The notes under the pieces are model-generated. The model saw only the letters and a program-made list of their open reading frames with translations. It was not told where the DNA came from and did not search any database. Below, in pieces: positions 57,105 to 64,000 of a stretch of DNA of 64,000 nucleotides; the first letter of the stretch is position 1; every line of letters begins with the position of its first letter. The position numbers and the translations under genes were made by a program. The stretch spans positions 140,830-204,829 of IMG/VR virus record IMGVR_UViG_3300024502_000010. One strand, 5' to 3'.

Positions 57105-57265
57105 TCTACAATACACCTCACAGATATTTGAGTTGTTTTAGTTGCTTCTGCCATCTCACGATATCCAGATCCAACATAAATTTGACCCCCAACTACAGCA
57201 ACTGCCATAGCACCCCAAAAGATGTAATACCATTTAGATTTTACTTGATGTTGCTTATTTTCCAT
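57101..57265 (-). CDS. 54 aa membrane protein
   Basis: MENKQHQVKSKWYYIFWGAMAVAVVGG...; ATGA overlap with dam. Confidence 0.6.
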   Translation of the reverse strand: MENKQHQVKSKWYYIFWGAMAVAVVGGQIYVGSGYREMAEATKTTQISVRCIVE

Positions 57266-57267
57266 TT

Positions 57268-57561
57268 TCACAACACCAATTTTTTCTCGTCTGGAGTAAT
57301 GAGTTTACTTCCATAAATCTCATTATATTTTTTCTTAACTCCAGAATCAACTTCTGCAATATAGACAATATGATTCCTAGAAACAATAAGTTCAGGATTA
57401 TCTTTATCAATAACTGTAGCCCAAGGAGCAAATCCAACGCTTTGTCCTGTAGGAAGAACTACTAGACCATTCTTTACGGTTACAAAGCTATCATCTTCAG
57501 AAATAACTTCTGCGATGATTTCTTCGCCAGTTAAAATACGAAACAGTTTTACATTAATCAT
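57268..57561 (-). CDS. Small Sm-like beta protein
   Basis: VKLFRILTGEEIIAEV. Confidence 0.75.
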   Translation of the reverse strand: MINVKLFRILTGEEIIAEVISEDDSFVTVKNGLVVLPTGQSVGFAPWATVIDKDNPELIVSRNHIVYIAEVDSGVKKKYNEIYGSKLITPDEKKLVL

Positions 57562-58502
57562 TTGAATTCACACTCCACCATAATTTCAGTAAGGGCAGCA
57601 AGAAGATTTATTTCCTGGTCAGCAACGAACGCACATTGGTATTGATACTTAGCAATAACAAGAACGGCAGCAGGGATAGATGCGGGAACAAGGCAATCGT
57701 AAGCGGCGTCATAAACCCTGCGAAGAAGACTAGAAGCATCGTTGTCCAGGTTGGAGACCACCCACTTTCTGACTTCAGGAAAGTTTTTATCTTTGAGGTT
57801 TTTAATAAGTTCATTTACAGAGATGTCTGAGAAAGATGCAAGAATGCCCGAGTCAATTTTTCCTCCTGTAGAATACCTCTGGCATTCGTTGAGGACCCTA
57901 CGAAAATCTGGGAAGTGTTTTGTAACCAATTCTGCAACGACTTTTTCATCATACTCAATCCTTTCAGAATCCAAGATTGATTGAAGTCGTTGAAAGAAAC
58001 TTCCCGCAAGTTGAACTCTTTGCTTCCCTTTGATGGTGAAGTCGATGACGGCACATCGGGAGTGAAGAGGTTCGATAATCTTGTTCTTGTAGTTACAGGT
58101 GAAGATGAATCGACAGTTGTTATAAAATGCCTCAATATTCGCCCGTAGTAGGAGTTGAACATCGTTGCCCGTGTTGTCAGCTTCGTCAATGATGATGACT
58201 TTGTGTTTAGAAGATCCCGTAAGTGAGACGGTCGAAGCGAAGTTTTTCGCTTGGTTCCGTACAGTATCCAGGAAACGCCCTTCGTCGGATCCGTTGATGA
58301 CATAATAGTCTGCCCCCAATTCATTACATAATGCTTTTGCGATGGTGGTTTTACCAATACCAGGAGGTCCTGCTAGAAGGAGATTAGGAATCTCACCTTT
58401 TGCCACAAACTCCTTAAATGTTTTTTTAGTTTCATCAGGAAGAATACAATCCTCAATTACTTGAGGACGGTATCGTTCCACGAAAAGGAAATCACTGCTC
58501 AT
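57558..58502 (-). CDS. 44: Clamp loader large subunit
   Basis: ERYRP, GPPGIGKT, IDEAD, SRC. Confidence 0.96.
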   Translation of the reverse strand: MSSDFLFVERYRPQVIEDCILPDETKKTFKEFVAKGEIPNLLLAGPPGIGKTTIAKALCNELGADYYVINGSDEGRFLDTVRNQAKNFASTVSLTGSSKHKVIIIDEADNTGNDVQLLLRANIEAFYNNCRFIFTCNYKNKIIEPLHSRCAVIDFTIKGKQRVQLAGSFFQRLQSILDSERIEYDEKVVAELVTKHFPDFRRVLNECQRYSTGGKIDSGILASFSDISVNELIKNLKDKNFPEVRKWVVSNLDNDASSLLRRVYDAAYDCLVPASIPAAVLVIAKYQYQCAFVADQEINLLAALTEIMVECEFK

Positions 58503-58504
58503 AA

Positions 58505-59017
58505 TTAAATCCACGAAGGTCGTCTTTCGGGCATACGAAGATAGTTATCAGCAACCCAAGGTTTGGATGCAATATATCTTTTGTATGCTTCAAATGTATC
58601 AATGGTGTCGTCAAACTTCCATTCCTCAGGCATAGCACGAGCAAATGGAGTCACCTCCGTAATCTTACCCTTGGGAAACAAATAGTATGCATCCACAAGG
58701 GTTTTATAACAGGAGTGAGTTTTATTATACCGCAGGCAGTATTCATCAGACAAGTTCAATCCCCACTTGATTAACCAGTAGGCATTATGGATACTCTCCA
58801 TAGCCCACTTTGTGCAGGGGTGATTGCGGAATGCTCCTTTCTCGGTCTTGTAGGGGGTTCCATCTGCCTTAGGGAGGGTGCCATACCCATATCCCCACTT
58901 ATCAGATGCCACGATAGAAAGCATCTGACAACACTCTAATGGCATCTTAACAATATGTTTATCGGGGAGACAGATAGCACTTTCAGCAGGCCATGGTGAT
59001 GTAACAAATATATTCAT
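58505..59017 (-). CDS. Pyrimidine-dimer glycosylase (DenV)-like family protein
   Basis: MNIF, DKHIVKM.LE..QML, NHPCT.W. Confidence 0.7.
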   Translation of the reverse strand: MNIFVTSPWPAESAICLPDKHIVKMPLECCQMLSIVASDKWGYGYGTLPKADGTPYKTEKGAFRNHPCTKWAMESIHNAYWLIKWGLNLSDEYCLRYNKTHSCYKTLVDAYYLFPKGKITEVTPFARAMPEEWKFDDTIDTFEAYKRYIASKPWVADNYLRMPERRPSWI

Positions 59018-59019
59018 AA

Positions 59020-59439
59020 TCAAAAACAATACTTTTGAAGTACGTAATTCACTTTATCTGGTTTATCTTCCATCCAGAATGCTTCATGTTCCATTTGTTC
59101 GGAAGCATTAGATAATCCAACAGATTTTTGAACATCTTGAAGTTTTTCTGGCAAAAGTGACATATCTTTTAATGAAATATAAAATGGTTTATAACCATTA
59201 CACATATGGGCAATATGTGTTGCTTCATGATAAACCGTTTCATTTACATAATGTTTTAGATCATAACCACCTTCTTTAATATTTTTGGTGCAAATAACCA
59301 ATTTATCAAAGTCACTATAACCAAAATAATTTTTATCTCTACAATATCCAATATTTTCTTTAACTGGATAACCTGCTTTGATTACATTATTAATAATTTT
59401 ATTGGCAGTAGGTGTGAGATAAAGAAGAAATTCCATCAA
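59020..59439 (-). CDS. HExxH-containing protein (putative metallopeptidase)
   Basis: VYHEATH...E.EA. Confidence 0.55.
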   Translation of the reverse strand: MMEFLLYLTPTANKIINNVIKAGYPVKENIGYCRDKNYFGYSDFDKLVICTKNIKEGGYDLKHYVNETVYHEATHIAHMCNGYKPFYISLKDMSLLPEKLQDVQKSVGLSNASEQMEHEAFWMEDKPDKVNYVLQKYCF

Positions 59440-60101
59440 CCAAAAGTAGAATCGGGTTCCAAAGCAATATAATAGGTCACATCAAATCCAGTATTCTTGA
59501 ATCGTGACAAAAGTTTGGAAGAAATTACAACTTCATAAGCACCAGGAATAATCTTGATGTTTTCTACCTTAAAGTTGAATGTGAACACTTCATCAGTTTC
59601 ACCAACAACAACAGAAAAATCATTGGAGGTATCGTTCTTCTTATCACGAACAACCAGTTTCACCACACCTGCTTCGCCAACCACAGACAAGTCAGGAAGT
59701 TGATACACAGCAGCAGCTTTAAGGAGTTTATCAAGTTCCTTGGTATCAAGAATGAAACAAACATCTTCGGAAGGAAGAGAAATAGATTTATCGGGAGGAG
59801 TAACGATTACATTAGGGTCTGCAAAGAAATACTTAGAACGAGACCGACCTTCCTTAATAACTACATAACCATCATTCTGGAAATCAAGTTCAGCATTCTG
59901 ATGAAGATTGAGACCATTCAGAAATTGATTGAGATCGTAGATACCAAAATCTTTGGGAAGTTCTTCTTCGATTGTTGCTTCCGCGAGAATATTCTTCATT
60001 ACAGAAATAGTACGAAGATTATTTCCTTCTTTAAACAGAATAGACTGGTTAATAGAAGAGAAGTTCTTGAGGAGCGTGAGAGTTTTATCAGAGAGTTTCA
60101 T
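59436..60101 (-). CDS. 45: Sliding clamp
   Basis: MKLS...LKNFSSINQSI, FGIYDL.QFL. Confidence 0.95.
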   Translation of the reverse strand: MKLSDKTLTLLKNFSSINQSILFKEGNNLRTISVMKNILAEATIEEELPKDFGIYDLNQFLNGLNLHQNAELDFQNDGYVVIKEGRSRSKYFFADPNVIVTPPDKSISLPSEDVCFILDTKELDKLLKAAAVYQLPDLSVVGEAGVVKLVVRDKKNDTSNDFSVVVGETDEVFTFNFKVENIKIIPGAYEVVISSKLLSRFKNTGFDVTYYIALEPDSTFG

Positions 60102-60106
60102 AATAA

Positions 60107-60514
60107 TCAGCGAAATTCAGAGAGACCGTTATCTTTACGAGTGTAGTGTCCATCAAAGTGGAGCAGAAGCATAGCATAGTGAATCACTTTAAGCAAATCA
60201 CGCTTATTGCGTCCATCCTTGTCACCGTAGCGACTACCATACTTAATGATGTTTGCTTGACAGAACCCAGCAGCAAGTTCTTTTGCTGCCATTAGGTCAA
60301 TTGTCTGAACATCTTTGTAATCTTGTTCATGACCACAGTAGTGACTACCATAAGTGCTGGTTACATAGTCTTGAATATCTTTCAGAATTTTATCTTCATT
60401 GTATTTCCAAAGATGATTAGTAGGTTCGTTCATATTCAAATGCTTTTTTGTGAGTTCAATAATATCTTCACCATCTCTATAAAGAGTGAAGTTGTTGTAA
60501 GGATACTTGTCCAT
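60107..60514 (-). CDS. DUF3310-like protein
   Basis: HY, N.IKY.SRYG.K.G...DL.K..HY. Confidence 0.65.
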   Translation of the reverse strand: MDKYPYNNFTLYRDGEDIIELTKKHLNMNEPTNHLWKYNEDKILKDIQDYVTSTYGSHYCGHEQDYKDVQTIDLMAAKELAAGFCQANIIKYGSRYGDKDGRNKRDLLKVIHYAMLLLHFDGHYTRKDNGLSEFR

Positions 60515-60555
60515 AATTAAGAAAAGGGAAGGCACAATTACCTTCCCCAATTATA

Positions 60556-61686
60556 TCAAACAGACTGGTATGTGTCAATGGACTCTTCAACAGGCATCTG
60601 GAAGTCAGCATCCACTTTGTCATAAAGTTCAAGGAATGCTTGCTTGGTTTCATCATCAAAGCGGTTCACACACACTTGGATTGCCTTTGCCTTGTCTTGG
60701 AAGATGCTGTAAGCACGGATGATGTGAACCAGACGGCGGGTGCTGATGATTTCCTCAATACCACCATCGTAGAAGGTCTTGCGGATGATATCTGCCCAGT
60801 CAACCAGGCGCTTGCAGAAATCACGGTCTTCCACGCCAAGGTCCAGAGCGATGCCTTCCAGAATCTTCTGCTCAGTAGCAGGAGCAGGGTAGGACTGCTC
60901 AAAGGTCACAGGGAAACGCTCTAGGAACGCTTCGTTGAGCACATTGGTGCCAATGAAACGTCCGTCATCAGAACCCTTACCCTTAGTATTAGCGGTGGCA
61001 ATCACATTAAAACCAGCGGCAGGTTTTACCCAGCGACCAATCTTTTTCAGGAAAACACCTTTACCTTCGAGAATAGATTGCAAACAAAGAATCTTGTTAG
61101 AAGCAAGGTCAATCTCATCCAACAGAAGAATAGCACCACGCTCAAGTGCTTCAATCACGGGACCGTTGTGCCAAGCAGTATTCCCATCAACAAGACGGAA
61201 ACCCCCAATAAGATCGTCTTCATCAGTCTCAATAGTGATATTGACGCGAATCAGTTCACGCTTAAGTTGAGCACACGCTTGCTCAACAGAGAACGTTTTA
61301 CCGTTACCCGAAAGACCCGTAATAAACGTAGGATAAAAGAGACGGGACTGAATAATTTTTTTAACATCAGCAAAGTTACCAAACTTGACGAAGGTATCAT
61401 CTTTATCGGGAATAAGGTTTTGTTCCACAGCAGGAATCGCAGCAGGTGCTTGGAAAGTGCGTTCAATTTCTTTTACTTTTTGTTGCGTAACTTCAAGATT
61501 CCATTTACCACGACCCACTTTAAATTGGTCAAGTTTTTTTGTAACAGTTTGATAGTTAGCATCGTTCAGATTACACCAAGCACGAATATCAGCACCAGTG
61601 ATAGTGCTACCATACAGGTTTTGAAGAGAAGTGCGGATGTAGTCAGAGGAGAGTGCCATTTGTTTGCTTTGTTTCAACATAGTCAT
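60556..61686 (-). CDS. MoxR/CobS-like AAA+ ATPase
   Basis: GLSGNGKT, LLDEID, ATANT, LERF, STRRL. Confidence 0.92.
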   Translation of the reverse strand: MTMLKQSKQMALSSDYIRTSLQNLYGSTITGADIRAWCNLNDANYQTVTKKLDQFKVGRGKWNLEVTQQKVKEIERTFQAPAAIPAVEQNLIPDKDDTFVKFGNFADVKKIIQSRLFYPTFITGLSGNGKTFSVEQACAQLKRELIRVNITIETDEDDLIGGFRLVDGNTAWHNGPVIEALERGAILLLDEIDLASNKILCLQSILEGKGVFLKKIGRWVKPAAGFNVIATANTKGKGSDDGRFIGTNVLNEAFLERFPVTFEQSYPAPATEQKILEGIALDLGVEDRDFCKRLVDWADIIRKTFYDGGIEEIISTRRLVHIIRAYSIFQDKAKAIQVCVNRFDDETKQAFLELYDKVDADFQMPVEESIDTYQSV

Positions 61687-61740
61687 TATAGACCAAAAAG
61701 GGGTCCTCTTGGGACCCCAGTGGTCAGTTCTCCAATTGGT
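61685..61740 (-). promoter_or_regulatory. Cyanophage early-type promoter with internal hairpin
   Basis: CCAATTGGAGAACTGACCAC-GGGGTCC hairpin-TATAAT. Confidence 0.4.
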
Positions 61741-61909
61741 TCTTGAGTTCTTTGAGATACTCTTCGCTGGCAATATGTCCAGTATATCCTGGATAGTATT
61801 TATTAACTAAAGAAGGAATACCAATAGCAGTTGTGCTGCTATTGCATTTAATCCATACTTCTTTAGTATCATATTTTACTACATGTTCAAATGGAAATTT
61901 AGTTTTCAT
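61724..61909 (-). CDS. Hypothetical protein
   Basis: 61 aa ORF. Confidence 0.65.
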   Translation of the reverse strand: MKTKFPFEHVVKYDTKEVWIKCNSSTTAIGIPSLVNKYYPGYTGHIASEEYLKELKNQLEN

Positions 61910-62619
61910 TTTTTATTTCGTTCTTCTTGTTTACGCTTTGCAAATTGCATATAAGTTTCACCTGGTTTTAGGCGATTACTATAATCTTGTTTTGTTTGTG
62001 CAGATGTATTTTGACCTCTGTTTTCTCGAGCTCTCATCTTGTTGCCAGCGCCACTAATAGCAGCATCTTTTTTGGGATCTGGATGCCACCAGTCACCCGC
62101 CTCACTCATATTCTGTTCATAAGTAAATGTCTTGTTTTTAACTTTAGTATCAAACTCACCAGTTCTACCTGGATTCATTTTACCGACTTTAACACGCTTA
62201 CCCTCTCCTGGCCAAGACTTATTAGTTCCCACCAGTTGAGCAGAACCCTTTGGTTTTTTTTGAATTAAGACAGAATCTTGATTATATTTTTTACCAAGTT
62301 TAGTGATTGCTTTTTTGAACTTTTTCTTACCCATTTTACCAGAAGAAACTACATGTGATTTCTCACCTACTTTTTTTTCTTGAGGAGTTCCTGGGTTTTC
62401 AGTATATCTACCAGATACCTTAGTAGGTCCTGGAAGACCAGCACCTCTAATATCTTTCTCCAATTGTTTTGAACGCGCTTTATTTTCTTTCTTTGATTTA
62501 TCGCCTCTTTGGGCAGACATAATTGCCATACCACCTTTTTCTGATTTTGAGCGAACTCTATTCAAAGATGTTTCTTGAATAGAGTAACACTCTACCACAA
62601 ATTCTTGGAATGTTTTCAT
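61906..62619 (-). CDS. Basic protein with T4-type capsid targeting sequence
   Basis: N-terminus MKTFQEFVVE versus T4 IP CTS MKTYQEFIAE. Confidence 0.7.
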   Translation of the reverse strand: MKTFQEFVVECYSIQETSLNRVRSKSEKGGMAIMSAQRGDKSKKENKARSKQLEKDIRGAGLPGPTKVSGRYTENPGTPQEKKVGEKSHVVSSGKMGKKKFKKAITKLGKKYNQDSVLIQKKPKGSAQLVGTNKSWPGEGKRVKVGKMNPGRTGEFDTKVKNKTFTYEQNMSEAGDWWHPDPKKDAAISGAGNKMRARENRGQNTSAQTKQDYSNRLKPGETYMQFAKRKQEERNKK

Positions 62620-64000
62620 GCTACCAAAGAAATAAATTCTCCTAATACTTTTTTATTTAGTTTTTTAGTCTTCAAAGATTTCACAAAAGCAGATTTGATT
62701 TGAGATTTGGTTGCATCTTCAGCAATTTCAAATTCAGTATCTTGAGAAAGTGCGGTTGCAGACATTCCAAAGTATGCATCATATCCAGAGTTAGTAATAG
62801 TGAAACTCTTCAGTTTTTTCCAATCACTCAGGATTTTATCATACACCTTACCATCATTGATAGAGTGATAAAGACCAATAAACCGACTTGCATTGCGACT
62901 TTCAAGAACACGAATACCAATAAAGTTTGTATTAGAAAACTTATCTTTCAAGTTCCTGAGAAGAGCATCAGTAAACTCATGATAACCATATCCAATCTTA
63001 TAGGTAGTTCCAAGTTTGCGGTCACGCAGGAAGGTTAGTTCTGGATTAATATATCCAGTTCCAAGAAATGGTTTCTTTTCCCACTGGCGTTTGACTTCTT
63101 TGTGATAAACAAGTTGATTTGCCTCACCATCAGTCAAAACAATACACTGCACCTTCTGAAGTTTATTTTCTTTTTGAAACTTAGGAAGAATTTGGTTAAG
63201 AGTAATCAGTGCCTCATTTAGAGGAGTTCCAGAAAGACAAAGACGACTCGGATAGGTATAAGAAGAACTATAAGTCCTACCAAAACAATAAGCAAGACGC
63301 CAAATGTTGAGCATTTGATTCTCAAGAACTTTACCAGAAACTTTACTAGTAAGAATGTTCATCATCGAGAAAGTTTCATCTACAACCAGAAGACCATCTT
63401 TCTTTTGATAATGTGGAGTACGGTCTGCAGCGAGATAACGATCATTCTCATAATCATACTCACCGCGACGCCACTCACTAGTAAAAGCATAAACCTCAAA
63501 AGGAATGGAAACTTTCTTACAAAACCAAACAATGTTAAAGAGTTGTTTACAAGTATCAAGCATCACATCGCACATAGAACCACTCCAGTCCAACACAAAT
63601 ACCAGACCATGATTTTTGCCATCAGGAATCACAGATACTTTCTTGAACAAGTCTTCATTGTACTTGTAAGTATGAAGACGAGTTGTATCGAGAATACCAG
63701 TGCGAGCAGTTGATGCACGAGCATACTGGTCTGCTGCCTTACGGCACTCAAATTCTTTTACAAGGTAATTGACTTCTTTTTGGGCAGAAGACTTGAACTT
63801 CTTGAACTCAGTATCAGATTCTTTATAAAGATTTACTGGAGTATATCCCTTTTCTTGTGCGTGTTCATTATGAATTTTTTGTTGATGAGCAAAAGAATCA
63901 TCAATATCTTTATGAACTTCAGAGTTCTTACCAATAACAGTATCAAGATTTACTTGAGGAACCTCAATATAAACATTTTCATATCCATCGTTACCCACAA
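62616..64000 (-). CDS. vWA-domain protein, partner of the AAA+ ATPase (5' end outside window)
   Basis: VFVLDWSGSM MIDAS, GTP, LTDGE. Confidence 0.85.
   Translation of the reverse strand, partial: VGNDGYENVYIEVPQVNLDTVIGKNSEVHKDIDDSFAHQQKIHNEHAQEKGYTPVNLYKESDTEFKKFKSSAQKEVNYLVKEFECRKAADQYARASTARTGILDTTRLHTYKYNEDLFKKVSVIPDGKNHGLVFVLDWSGSMCDVMLDTCKQLFNIVWFCKKVSIPFEVYAFTSEWRRGEYDYENDRYLAADRTPHYQKKDGLLVVDETFSMMNILTSKVSGKVLENQMLNIWRLAYCFGRTYSSSYTYPSRLCLSGTPLNEALITLNQILPKFQKENKLQKVQCIVLTDGEANQLVYHKEVKRQWEKKPFLGTGYINPELTFLRDRKLGTTYKIGYGYHEFTDALLRNLKDKFSNTNFIGIRVLESRNASRFIGLYHSINDGKVYDKILSDWKKLKSFTITNSGYDAYFGMSATALSQDTEFEIAEDATKSQIKSAFVKSLKTKKLNKKVLGEFISLVA

Overview
This is a 64 kb segment of a large T4-like cyanophage (myovirus), probably infecting a picocyanobacterium; essentially every real gene is on the minus strand. 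In window order it contains: (1) host-derived auxiliary genes (peroxiredoxin, ferredoxin, hli, pstS, an SLH-porin and, unusually, adenosylhomocysteinase); (2) a ~17.5 kb glycan-modification island with about 8 glycosyltransferases, 4-5 methyltransferase-like genes, UDP-glucose dehydrogenase, three SDR epimerases (one GDP-mannose 3,5-epimerase-like) and an embedded NAD synthetase, headed by a wcaG-like structured RNA; (3) a tRNA-rich region (14 tRNAs in the whole window plus a tRNA-like RNA, a tRNA remnant and a pseudoknot) with gnd, dps, a solo antitoxin-like gene and an HNH endonuclease; (4) nrdAB and primase; (5) late-expressed low-complexity proteins, several with T4-type capsid-targeting sequences; (6) the T4 replication core (mazG, 41, uvsX, 43, hsp20, regA, 62, dam, 44, 45, AAA+/vWA). 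The strongest leads are a glycan island that carries its own SAH-removal and NAD-supply enzymes, a modular family of putative capsid-packaged polyproteins (one with an HNH domain), a ROSE-like RNA thermometer on hsp20, and several non-canonical RNAs in the tRNA array. All family assignments are from motif recognition by eye; no searches were run.
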